Origin: Bacteroidota bacterium
GTDB taxonomy: Bacteria > Bacteroidota > Bacteroidia > NS11-12g > UBA955
Direction of reading: 5' to 3'
DNA: 64,000 bases
Assembly (NCBI GenBank): GCA_041192805.1
Contig: JBEEMF010000101.1
Span: 8,096-72,095 of the forward strand
Shown: positions 1 to 8,870 of the stretch, one piece after another
Layout of the letters: each line of letters starts with the position of its first letter
Numbering within the stretch: position 1 is the stretch's first letter
Made by a program: the position numbers and the translations under genes
The notes under the pieces: model-generated
Database searches by the model: none
What the model was told of the DNA's origin: nothing
The model's input: only the letters and a program-made list of their open reading frames with translations

Positions 1-781
1 TGTTTGTCAATGTACTATCAAAACCAGGCAATGAAGTGTGTTGCTTATCCCAAGTCACACCGCCATTTTTAGAACGGCTGTAAACCATAGGAGCAAATAC
101 ACCGTTTCTCTTTGGAGCACGCGCTTCGCCCGGGGCTGCAGAATCTGTATAAGAACAGATCAAGTGAATAGCATCACCATTGTTTGCAGTTCTAGCCCAA
201 ATTGGCTTGTAAGGAGGCTCTTTCAGGATATTTGTAACTGTAGTTGGGCGTGAAGAAGCTGAACTACTGGTTGTCATGTAGAAACCACCACTGGTTGCGT
301 CGTGACCGATGGTAAATACGCTTCCGTTAGACAAAACGCCTACGTTGGCCCAACCCGTTCTTACGTTTTCAACGCGGTTACTATCGGAAGGCTGCCACTT
401 TCCGGCTGCACTGCGGAAATTATACCCACTTCCACGGCCTGGGAAACCCACGGCATCAGAGGTAGAGGTTGTCCAAGCAGCAGAAATTGCACCATCGGTA
501 TGCATCGCCAAACGGTGAGGCATTGCATAGTTGGTTTGCAAATCGTAGTAAGTTGAACCGATTCGGATAAAAGCTTTTTGGTTTAGACCACGAGCCGTAA
601 CGGTTTTTTTAGTTTTAGGAGCAACACCGAATCCACCATTATCGGCTTTATCGATGAGCACTTTGGATTGTGAGGTCAATACTGGATTGCCCTGATTGGC
701 GGTTACAGTAGACAAACTCACCTGTGCAGTTGCCAGACCAGCGGCAAAGACAGAAATAGCTAATACGTATAATTTTTTCAT
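1..781 (-). CDS. Secreted protein, probably T9SS cargo (partial; runs off the window start)
   Basis: Not in the ORF track. Manual minus-strand translation from ATG 781: MKKLYVLAISVFAAGLATAQ (signal peptide)...IGSTYYDLQTNYAMPHRL...RTGWANVG. The YDLQTN motif is typical of a Bacteroidota secreted-protein family. The C-terminus is not in the window. Confidence 0.7.
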   Translation of the reverse strand, partial: MKKLYVLAISVFAAGLATAQVSLSTVTANQGNPVLTSQSKVLIDKADNGGFGVAPKTKKTVTARGLNQKAFIRIGSTYYDLQTNYAMPHRLAMHTDGAISAAWTTSTSDAVGFPGRGSGYNFRSAAGKWQPSDSNRVENVRTGWANVGVLSNGSVFTIGHDATSGGFYMTTSSSASSRPTTVTNILKEPPYKPIWARTANNGDAIHLICSYTDSAAPGEARAPKRNGVFAPMVYSRSKNGGVTWDKQHTSLPGFDSTLTN

Positions 782-832
782 AATCTAAATTTAAGAATTA
801 CAAATAAAGGAAAAATAATATGAAAAAACACA

Positions 833-1867
833 TTAAACGCGTTGCGGGGCGCGAAGAATTCCTAATACAGTTTCAATTAATATCTCTCCGTCCGAGGCCC
901 CTCCCCTGTGTACTCCCTTTAATTTAAGGTCGAGTAGTTTGATTTGATTGAATGCACGCTCCATATCACCCGGTAAATAATTCTTTGCAGCAATCATATA
1001 TTCTTCCACAAAAAAGGGATTCACACCCAATGTAGACGCCACTTCGCCTTTGGAGGCACCGGGCATTTGTTGCACCAATAAAATCTTACCAAAGTATCCA
1101 TGTAGGTTGCTCACCATGCGTAGAATTTCACCTTTTTCGGCCCGGGCCGACATATGATGTGCGATTTGGATGGCTTTATTGAAATTCTTTAGGCCCAAGG
1201 CCGACTGCAATTCAAAAACATTGTATTCACGGTTAAATCCTACGTTGGCCTCTACGTGAACGGGTCTAATAAACTCATCTTTTACATTGATCATGAGTTT
1301 ATCCAATTCGTTGTGAATCAGCGGGAGATCGGCACCTAATAACTCCACTAACATTTGAATTGCGGCGCCATCAATACTGCGGCCTTTTTGTCTGAGATAT
1401 TCGGGCAACCAATCTTTGATTTGATAATCGCGCAGTTTGGCCGCGTAATAGGCACCTCCAAACTTATCGGCTTGCTTACCAATTTTTGTCCGCATGTCCA
1501 TTTTATTCCCCCGGAAAGCGCAAACTAGGACGGTGGATGGCAAAGGATTTTCCAGATACGACATCAACTTATCAAATTCTTTGATGTCTTGAGCGTCTTT
1601 TACGATGATCACTTGATGTTGACTCATCATGGGATAACGACGCGCCATTGAAATCAGGTCGTGAATTTTCACTTCCTTTCCATACAAGATTGTTTGGTTA
1701 AAGCTTCTTTCCGATTCTGGCAGGACGGATTCTTCAATCAAATCGGTGATGGCATCAATAAAATATACTTCTTCCCCATGCAACAGATAAACCGGCGCGT
1801 ATTGTTTGCCTTGAATCTTACGTCGAAGATCCAAATAATTGGCAATGGTGTCGCTCAATTTGGCCAT
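833..1867 (-). CDS. holA: DNA polymerase III subunit delta
   Basis: 344 aa; PVYLLHGEEVYFID, FNQTILYG, RYPMMS..VIIVKDAQ, ELDKL and YNVFELQ motifs. Confidence 0.93.
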   Translation of the reverse strand: MAKLSDTIANYLDLRRKIQGKQYAPVYLLHGEEVYFIDAITDLIEESVLPESERSFNQTILYGKEVKIHDLISMARRYPMMSQHQVIIVKDAQDIKEFDKLMSYLENPLPSTVLVCAFRGNKMDMRTKIGKQADKFGGAYYAAKLRDYQIKDWLPEYLRQKGRSIDGAAIQMLVELLGADLPLIHNELDKLMINVKDEFIRPVHVEANVGFNREYNVFELQSALGLKNFNKAIQIAHHMSARAEKGEILRMVSNLHGYFGKILLVQQMPGASKGEVASTLGVNPFFVEEYMIAAKNYLPGDMERAFNQIKLLDLKLKGVHRGGASDGEILIETVLGILRAPQRV

Positions 1868-1887
1868 GGGTTTGTATTTTTACAGCG

Positions 1888-2325
1888 GTGCAAGTGTTAA
1901 ATTTCCCCGAATACGAATTTCACATTCAAGAACAGGAACAAAAAAAAGTCATTTTTGATCCGATTCGCAAAAAATTTATCCCCCTAACTCCTGAAGAATG
2001 GGTAAGGCAGCACTGTATTTGTCATTTAGTCCAACGATTCAATCTCCCAATTGGGCTGATTGCGGTAGAAAGAGAAATTCAGGTACACGGACTGCGCAAA
2101 CGCTTTGATATTGTAGGATTTGCGAATTCTGGCAGCCCGTTAATATTGATTGAATGTAAAGCCACTTCAGTAGAACTGACCCAAGAAACACTGATTCAAG
2201 TTGCCACATATAACAATAAATTAGACAGTCCTTGGATGTGGATTACCAATGGGATTCAGCATGCTTGGTTTGAAAGGAAAAATGGCAAAACGCAATTGGT
2301 AGCGGCGCCAGAAAAATTAATCTAG
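1888..2325 (+). CDS. Stand-alone type I restriction enzyme HsdR N-terminal domain protein (PD-(D/E)xK nuclease fold)
   Basis: IFDPIRKK..LTPEEWVRQH, RFDIV, LIECKA, Q..YN and TNG motifs; GTG start. Confidence 0.85.
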   Translation: MQVLNFPEYEFHIQEQEQKKVIFDPIRKKFIPLTPEEWVRQHCICHLVQRFNLPIGLIAVEREIQVHGLRKRFDIVGFANSGSPLILIECKATSVELTQETLIQVATYNNKLDSPWMWITNGIQHAWFERKNGKTQLVAAPEKLI

Positions 2326-3204
2326 AGTAATATCTGTGATTTTGCCGGCGATAGTGACGCGGACAATCCGATCGCAAGATTCATTTTCGAAGGGATCATA
2401 ATCTAAAATGGTAGTGCTAGATTTATCAGAATCCTTCAATTCCAACATGCCATTGATGTATTCTCCAGAACATCCAGGAACCACATTTTTAATTAATGGT
2501 TGCATAATTTCCCAGTTTTGTTCATCATCTGATTCTTTTATTACGCCTTTGCCCAAAATTTGGTATTTATTTCCAATTACACCAGGGTTGGAATTGTTTA
2601 ATTTCAACAATTGAACAGTTCCTTCTATTGAGATTGTTTTCTGACCAAAAAAATCCAACGATTCAATGGCTAAGCTATGGGTTTTTGAATCTTGGCGGAT
2701 GGTAGAGCAGGAAATTGCCATATTTTTGGGTTGGTTTGGATTGGCACCCACCCAGAAATTGTCCGACTTATCAATTTCGAGTTCAAGTTTCGAAGAATTT
2801 TCTATGTAATGCGACTGAATTTTAACGTGCATTTTGCCCGCGCGATACTTTCCATCATATCCACGTTGATTCTCGGAAAGTGGCAGTTTATTGGATCCAA
2901 AATTGATTTCGAATTCAATTCCATCTCCATCAAAAAAAGTTGAATCTAAAATTTTAACTGAAGCAGCTTTTCCGAATGCTCCAAGGATGAATTTTGACGG
3001 TGTTCCTTTTCCCGTTGTTTGATCACCCATTTCATCAGCAACTTCGATGATTGAAGCAAGTTCGGATTGCATCACACAAAAATTTGTGGCCAATTGCAAT
3101 CCATTTTCTTTGTTTTCGTTGATTCTCTCACAGGACTGCATAGAAATCAAGCCAAGCATAAAAACCAGGGCTAGCAGTGCGTGATGAAGGTATTTGCGAA
3201 TCAT
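2317..3204 (-). CDS. Hypothetical lipoprotein
   Basis: Lipoprotein signal ending ISMQS-C; C-terminal Cys pair (GCSGEY...ESCDR). Confidence 0.7.
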   Translation of the reverse strand: MIRKYLHHALLALVFMLGLISMQSCERINENKENGLQLATNFCVMQSELASIIEVADEMGDQTTGKGTPSKFILGAFGKAASVKILDSTFFDGDGIEFEINFGSNKLPLSENQRGYDGKYRAGKMHVKIQSHYIENSSKLELEIDKSDNFWVGANPNQPKNMAISCSTIRQDSKTHSLAIESLDFFGQKTISIEGTVQLLKLNNSNPGVIGNKYQILGKGVIKESDDEQNWEIMQPLIKNVVPGCSGEYINGMLELKDSDKSSTTILDYDPFENESCDRIVRVTIAGKITDITLD

Positions 3205-3288
3205 AAGAAAATATTATTGGGTTGTTGCAAAAATCGCAAAAACCACTTTCATGAAACAAATATAGTATCGATTACCCCCAATCAAGGC

Positions 3289-4479
3289 TTACATTTTATT
3301 CAATATTTGCAAAATTGACGTACAAGCCAACTCGATTTCTTGATTAGTTACGGTTAATGGAGGGCAAATTCTAAGGCAATGGGGTGCATATAAAAACCAA
3401 TCTGCGAAGAGATTCTGATCCAGCATTTGTTGTATACATGCATTTACGATATCGAATGATTCAAGTTCTACCGCCAGCAGCAAACCCATGCCATGAACTT
3501 GCTTGATCTTGGGATGAATGAGCAATTCCTTAAAGAGGTTGGATTTTGACGACACTGTATCCATCAATTTTTCTTCAAGCAGGACATTGAATGCGGCGTG
3601 GCCTGCTGCGCAGGCCACTGGATGACCGCCAAAGGTTGTGATATGACCTAGTATTGGATTATTGGATAGGGTATTCATTAGTGGGCGCGAGGCGAGGAAT
3701 GCCCCCATGGGCATTCCTCCGCCGAGCGCCTTCCCTAAAACCAAGACATCAGGAATAACATCGAATTGCTCAAATGAAAATAACGACCCTGTCCTACCCA
3801 TCCCCGTTTGGATTTCATCAAATATTAGCAAAGCACAATGCTCTGTACACTTTTGTCTCAGCGCCTTCAAATAATGAACATCGCCAATTTGAGCGCCCCG
3901 TTCCGCTTGAATTGTTTCCACCACAACCCCCGCAATTTTATCCCAAGGCAATGAATCCAATGCCTCAATATCGTTTTGTCCGATGAAATGAACCGATGGC
4001 AATAAGGGCCTAAAGGCTTGAGAATAATATTCGTTGCTCATCAAACTCAAAGGACCCTGCGAACTTCCGTGGTAGGCATCTTTTTGAGCAACAAAATCCG
4101 TTCTACCGGTTACGCGCTTTGCTAGTTTCATCGCCCCGTCGATGGCTTCGGCGCCCGAGTTCACAAAATAGCAGCAAGAAAGCGATTCAGGTAAGTGCGA
4201 TGCCAATGCCGCAGCATACATACTTTGGGGTGTTTGTACTGTTTCCCCATATACCATCACATGCATATAGGCTTTGGCTTGTTCAATCACTGCACTTACA
4301 ACAGAAGGGTGTTGATGACCCACATTGCAAACCGAAATGCCCGCAATTAAATCCAGATATCGTTTGCCGTTTTCATCAAACAAGTAATTGCCTTCCGCTT
4401 TAACGACATGTAAGGCCATCGGATTAGGGCTAGTTTGTGCCAGGTGTTGTAAAAATGCTTTTCGCGGATGAATATGCAT
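3289..4479 (-). CDS. Class III PLP-dependent aminotransferase (acetylornithine aminotransferase-like)
   Basis: YLDLIAGISV..GH, NSGAEA, YHG, DEIQTGMGRTG, GKALGGG and TTFGG motifs. Confidence 0.88.
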   Translation of the reverse strand: MHIHPRKAFLQHLAQTSPNPMALHVVKAEGNYLFDENGKRYLDLIAGISVCNVGHQHPSVVSAVIEQAKAYMHVMVYGETVQTPQSMYAAALASHLPESLSCCYFVNSGAEAIDGAMKLAKRVTGRTDFVAQKDAYHGSSQGPLSLMSNEYYSQAFRPLLPSVHFIGQNDIEALDSLPWDKIAGVVVETIQAERGAQIGDVHYLKALRQKCTEHCALLIFDEIQTGMGRTGSLFSFEQFDVIPDVLVLGKALGGGMPMGAFLASRPLMNTLSNNPILGHITTFGGHPVACAAGHAAFNVLLEEKLMDTVSSKSNLFKELLIHPKIKQVHGMGLLLAVELESFDIVNACIQQMLDQNLFADWFLYAPHCLRICPPLTVTNQEIELACTSILQILNKM

Positions 4480-4483
4480 GCTA

Positions 4484-4491
4484 CAAAGTTA
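4484..4491 (-). promoter_or_regulatory. Bacteroidota -7 promoter element (TAACTTTG) for the aminotransferase
   Basis: Exact TAnnTTTG match, 4 nt upstream of the ATG. Confidence 0.55.
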
Positions 4492-4520
4492 AATCAGTTT
4501 TGTTGGTACGATGGTTTATA

Positions 4521-4563
4521 AAAAAAGAAAGCCCCTCGTTTAGAACGAGGGGCTTTCTTTTTT
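4521..4563. terminator. Intrinsic terminator after hup (potentially bidirectional)
   Basis: AAAAAAGAAAGCCCCTCGTT-TAG-AACGAGGGGCTTTCTTTTTT perfect hairpin with A/T tracts on both sides. Confidence 0.9.
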
Positions 4564-4577
4564 GAAAGTAATTCTAA

Positions 4578-4847
4578 TTAGATGTTTGCGTTCAAATCAG
4601 CACCTGCTTTAAATTTCGCAACTTTCTTAGCAGCGATTTTAATTTCAGCACCAGTTTGTGGGTTACGTCCTGTACGAGCGTTACGGCTGCTTACAGAAAA
4701 TGTTCCGAATCCTACCAAGATAACTTTGTCACCTTTTTTCAAGGCTTCAGCAGTGGCAGATGTGAAGCTGTTCAATGCAGAAGCAGCTTGAGCTTTGGTA
4801 ATGCCAGCGTCGCCAGCAATTCTTCCAATTAAATCTGATTTGTTCAT
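4578..4847 (-). CDS. hup: HU family DNA-binding protein
   Basis: MNKSDLI...[18 protein letters not shown]. Confidence 0.97.
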   Translation of the reverse strand: MNKSDLIGRIAGDAGITKAQAASALNSFTSATAEALKKGDKVILVGFGTFSVSSRNARTGRNPQTGAEIKIAAKKVAKFKAGADLNANI

Positions 4848-4877
4848 TTTATATGATTTTAGTTTTTGTTAAAGTTC

Positions 4878-4885
4878 CAAAAGTA
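4878..4885 (-). promoter_or_regulatory. -7 promoter element (TACTTTTG) for hup
   Basis: TAnnTTTG match 30 nt upstream of the ATG. Confidence 0.55.
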
Positions 4886-4980
4886 AACAAGGGATTTAGT
4901 TTGTCAAGTGCAGTGAATACACATGTACAATGAACTTTTACACGAGAAATTAACAATTTGAAAAAAAATGGAGTCCGTTT

Positions 4981-5490
4981 TTACGCAATTAACTGATTAA
5001 CAACACGATACAACATGTCGTTTGGCTCACTTCTATTCCACACTATTTTAGCAGAACTGTAGTAAATACTGCGATTTTCTGCGATTTGTGATAATTTATT
5101 AAGTATTTCCGACTCGTTTTTCCCAAAAAACATAGGGCGTTGGGACAATTCAGCACCGATGCGACCCACTAAAACCTCAAGAGAAGTGTTCAAAAAGAGT
5201 GTAAGGCCATGAATTTTCATCCAATCCATGTTGCCGTGATACGCCGCGGCACCCCCTCCACAGCCAATAACCACATTCTCCATGCGAAGGGTATCACGCA
5301 AACACTTTGCCTCTGTTTCCCTAAAAAACTCCTCACCATGGGTTTCAAAAATCACCGAAACCGTCATCCCCAACTGAGATTCAATCATCTGATCCAAATC
5401 CACAAAGGTCCAACCCAATTTATTGGCCAACCATTTTGCGGTTGTCGTTTTTCCTGATGCCGGCAATCCAACTAAGTAAAGTTTATTCAT
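4981..5490 (-). CDS. aroK: Shikimate kinase
   Basis: GLPASGKTT P-loop, DLD, FFRETE, GGG and RPM motifs. Confidence 0.9.
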   Translation of the reverse strand: MNKLYLVGLPASGKTTTAKWLANKLGWTFVDLDQMIESQLGMTVSVIFETHGEEFFRETEAKCLRDTLRMENVVIGCGGGAAAYHGNMDWMKIHGLTLFLNTSLEVLVGRIGAELSQRPMFFGKNESEILNKLSQIAENRSIYYSSAKIVWNRSEPNDMLYRVVNQLIA

Positions 5491-6532
5491 ATCTCACGCG
5501 AGGGTCAATCCAAACATACAACAGTTCTGTAATCGTATGCAGAATAAAGAACACACACGCTGTGAATAAAACCGCCCCCATCACCACCGGAAAGTCGGAT
5601 TGTTGCAATGCTTCGATCGTCACCTTACCCAAACCCCTCCATTGGAAAATATATTCTGTAAAAAACGAACCCGCCAATAAACTACTAAACCACCCGCCCA
5701 CACTCGTAATTAGCGGATTCAACGCATTTGGCAAAGCATGCTTCCATGTTGCTTGCCAGGTGGATAGTCCTTTTGCTTTGGCCGACCGTACAAAATCTTG
5801 GGCAAGCATCTCAACCATGGTATTTCTTGTCAGCTGGATAAAAACCGCCAACGGCCTAATCCCCAAAGCCAAGGCAGGCAAAATCATATTAGACCACATC
5901 AAGGTTCGACTTTCACCCATTTCATCGATTTCCCACAAACTACCCGTCATAGGCAAGCCCGTATATTCATGCCACACAAATCCAAACAGCCACGAAAATA
6001 ACATCGCAGAGAAAAAGCTAGGCATCGAAATTCCAATAGCGGATGATCCTACAATTATGTGATCCACCCATTTCCCTTGTCGCATCGCCGCCCAAACCCC
6101 CAAAGAAATCCCTATGGCCAAAGCGAGCAACATGGCAGCTATCGCTAATACCATTGTCCCTATAAAAGCCTGAAACAACATCCCACCCACCGGCTGCTTG
6201 CTCTGAAAGGATGTACGCAGGTAGGGCAATTTTATCCAACACTGTGTTTTGCCCTTGCTCAAACCAAAACCGGTAAGCAACGACAATTTCTTGGAGCTAC
6301 TATCGTAAAAAGAAAGGGGCGATAAATCGTTGATATAATAAAGCGCTTGTTTACTCAAAGGTTCATCCAAACCCAATTCGGCAACGATGGCGGCTTTCGT
6401 CTTTGCGTCTGCCCGTTGAGAAGTAAGCATCTCTTCGGCGTTTGGCATCGCTTGGAACAACACAAAAATGAACAAGACCAATCCCAACAGCACTGAAAAC
6501 AAAAAAGCAATTTTCTTAGCGATAGATTTCAT
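5483..6532 (-). CDS. ABC transporter permease (DppB/OppB-like)
   Basis: LGLDEPL..Q, ISMPSFFSA, DFVRSAKAKGL and KHALPNAL (EAA loop). Confidence 0.9.
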   Translation of the reverse strand: MKSIAKKIAFLFSVLLGLVLFIFVLFQAMPNAEEMLTSQRADAKTKAAIVAELGLDEPLSKQALYYINDLSPLSFYDSSSKKLSLLTGFGLSKGKTQCWIKLPYLRTSFQSKQPVGGMLFQAFIGTMVLAIAAMLLALAIGISLGVWAAMRQGKWVDHIIVGSSAIGISMPSFFSAMLFSWLFGFVWHEYTGLPMTGSLWEIDEMGESRTLMWSNMILPALALGIRPLAVFIQLTRNTMVEMLAQDFVRSAKAKGLSTWQATWKHALPNALNPLITSVGGWFSSLLAGSFFTEYIFQWRGLGKVTIEALQQSDFPVVMGAVLFTACVFFILHTITELLYVWIDPRVRYE

Positions 6533-6608
6533 GTGTGTCCGATTTTAGCCCAATCCAAAAAAACATCCTACGTTCAATCCCATCTGTGGGTTAGAATGAT
6601 AGAAGGTT

Positions 6609-8300
6609 CTATTTCTGGTCTTTTAGTTTTTCCGCCGCTTGCATCAACTCCTCGATATCCTCAACTTCTGGCAAATCCCGTCCGCTCCATTTCCCTAGGA
6701 TTTCCGCGCCTTTTAGGAAGAAGACCGTTGGATTATACCTAGCCATCGTCATTAACATCTTTTGATCGGCAGAATAAAACGTCACAGGCAACTTATTTGC
6801 TTTTGCAAACTCGCCAGCCGGCTGATCCGATGATGCGGTTAACGGATAAATCCTAACCCCATGCGCATTTCCCCAAGTAAACAAGGCACGCAAATCATCC
6901 ATTCCTCCAGTGTAGGCTTGGTCGATGTACGGAGCGACGTACACTAGTTGATACCCTTCGGCATTTAAGAACGAATCTTTCATGTCGGCCCCGGTCTGAT
7001 TGTTATTGATGGCAAAATCGTGAATAGGCGACTTATACCCTTCGATTACCAATTTCTTGCGTTGAGATTTTGCGGCATCAAATTGATACCCCTCTCCCAT
7101 TTTGGCTTCAAATTCGGCGGTGGTGCAAGTAATTGAATCGGTACCACCCTGTTTATTTGACTTATACAATACCCAGGTAATTTCGATGCTATCGCTGCTT
7201 CTTTCACCCTCTGGAACAAAGGTCATTACTGTTTTGATGTTGTTTCCAATTTTATACGGCAAGAAATCCCAAACGGGCAGATACATGTAACAGTAAACTC
7301 CAAAGGCCAATGTCAGAACGCTCAACACCCCCATCAATTTCACACCAAATGGCTTAGAGAACCAAGGGATATTGAGTTTAACCCCTGCAATCATAATCAA
7401 AATCAATCCGCTCAATACCAAATCCTTATAGAAGGAGTGCCAAGGCTTCAATTTCAAGAAATCACCAAAACATCCGCAGTCTGTCACTTTGTTGAAGTAG
7501 GCACTATAGCCAGTTAAGAAAGTAAAGAATAGTATCAAAACCGCAGTAATGGCAATTGTAAGGCGCATATTCCAGCCAATCAACATCGCAAGACCCAACA
7601 ATACTTCCAACGCACAGAAGAAAACGCTTAAATACAAACTGTAGTCTTTAGACCATTTAAAGAAATCAAATAGTGAACCGTTTGGCTTGGCGAAAGCGGC
7701 AACATTTACCGCCGCACTTTCAGAAACGGAGATATCTTCCCATTTCAGGGGTTCCGCATTAGATGAGTCGCCACTTGGAATGGTTTGAATGAGAACTTTG
7801 ATGTCGCCATCAGGCATCCCAACCATAGGGGCTGGGAACGATAAATGTCCAACATTTTTAAGCGCACTAAGCTTGCCATCCGGCGGCAGTTCTTGTCCGG
7901 GTGTAAGAGCCACAAATTCAAAATCATACGATTTAGGCATTGGCAAAAGCACATCCAAAGTAGTTTCCGCAACGGACGATCCACCCCAACTGCATCGAAC
8001 ATTGATTTTTTGAATACCGGCTGTCCCATCTCCCCCATCAACAACACCTTGAGCTTCCAAAACCATCTCTTTCTCGGTATCAAAGCTATACAACACCGTT
8101 TTTTGGTCGATGATTTTCTTCCCTTGAGAAAACACCACCAACCGCATCGAGTCTTGGGAAGTAGCTAAATCTTGCGCAAAGACGTCAAAATATTCGTTGA
8201 GTTTGATCCCAAAACCACTAGGATCGTTCAATTTTACTATCCCAGAAAACACAAACAGTGCACCGGTTAAAAATCTGGCAATCAAGTAAGGTATCCGCAT
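6609..8300 (-). CDS. DoxX/MauE-like membrane protein with thioredoxin-like C-terminal domain (BT_3928 family)
   Basis: LFVFSGIVKLNDP.GF..KL.EYF, DCGCFGD, SFYKD, DFLPYKIG and RYNP motifs. Confidence 0.82.
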   Translation of the reverse strand: MRIPYLIARFLTGALFVFSGIVKLNDPSGFGIKLNEYFDVFAQDLATSQDSMRLVVFSQGKKIIDQKTVLYSFDTEKEMVLEAQGVVDGGDGTAGIQKINVRCSWGGSSVAETTLDVLLPMPKSYDFEFVALTPGQELPPDGKLSALKNVGHLSFPAPMVGMPDGDIKVLIQTIPSGDSSNAEPLKWEDISVSESAAVNVAAFAKPNGSLFDFFKWSKDYSLYLSVFFCALEVLLGLAMLIGWNMRLTIAITAVLILFFTFLTGYSAYFNKVTDCGCFGDFLKLKPWHSFYKDLVLSGLILIMIAGVKLNIPWFSKPFGVKLMGVLSVLTLAFGVYCYMYLPVWDFLPYKIGNNIKTVMTFVPEGERSSDSIEITWVLYKSNKQGGTDSITCTTAEFEAKMGEGYQFDAAKSQRKKLVIEGYKSPIHDFAINNNQTGADMKDSFLNAEGYQLVYVAPYIDQAYTGGMDDLRALFTWGNAHGVRIYPLTASSDQPAGEFAKANKLPVTFYSADQKMLMTMARYNPTVFFLKGAEILGKWSGRDLPEVEDIEELMQAAEKLKDQK

Positions 8301-8307
8301 CTTGTTT

Positions 8308-8838
8308 TTATAATCGTATTAAGGCAAATATCGCATAATTAATAATATCTTGATAATTGGCATCGGAGCCTTCGCTCACGGAAGTTTTTCCGGCGTTGTC
8401 CTCTATCTGTTTGATGCGTGCAATTTTCACCAAAATCATATCGGTGAAGCTGCTGATTCTCATCTCGCGCCAAACCTCACTATAATCTGTATTCTTCAAA
8501 AGCATCAAATCGCGGGTTTTCTCCGCCCATTCTTCGTATACCTTGGCAATTTCGTCAATCCCTTCAGGATCCTTTTGCAATCCAATGTAATGCAACTGAA
8601 TCAGGGCAATCAAACTGTAATTCACGATGCCCATAAATTCGCCGCGCACATCATCGCCCACGGCATTTCTACCAGTCTCTTCGATGTTGCGAATCCGCTG
8701 CGCCTTGATATAAATCTGATCTGTGAGACTGGAAGGACGAAACAACCGCCAAGAGGTGCCATAATCTTGATTTTTCTTCAAAAACACTTCCCTACAGGCG
8801 TTCAAAACATGGGTATATTCTTGCTTGGTGTTGCTCAT
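8308..8838 (-). CDS. DUF1599 domain protein (two tandem copies of the domain)
   Basis: KNQDYGTSWR..SLTDQIYIKAQRIR and KNTDYSEVWR..SFTDMILVKIARIK; start taken at MSNTKQE. Confidence 0.85.
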   Translation of the reverse strand: MSNTKQEYTHVLNACREVFLKKNQDYGTSWRLFRPSSLTDQIYIKAQRIRNIEETGRNAVGDDVRGEFMGIVNYSLIALIQLHYIGLQKDPEGIDEIAKVYEEWAEKTRDLMLLKNTDYSEVWREMRISSFTDMILVKIARIKQIEDNAGKTSVSEGSDANYQDIINYAIFALIRL

Positions 8839-8870
8839 AAAAATGCGAAGATAATGGCTATATTGCAATT

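Noticed and set aside
1888-2325. Type I restriction-modification defence system
   Set aside because: No hsdM, hsdS or full-length hsdR is present; only the isolated nuclease domain.
5436-6062. Long antisense or alternative-frame ORFs (e.g. 5436-6062, 8350-9006, 57559-58251, 54009-54533)
   Set aside because: They are shadows of well-supported genes and show no recognisable motifs.
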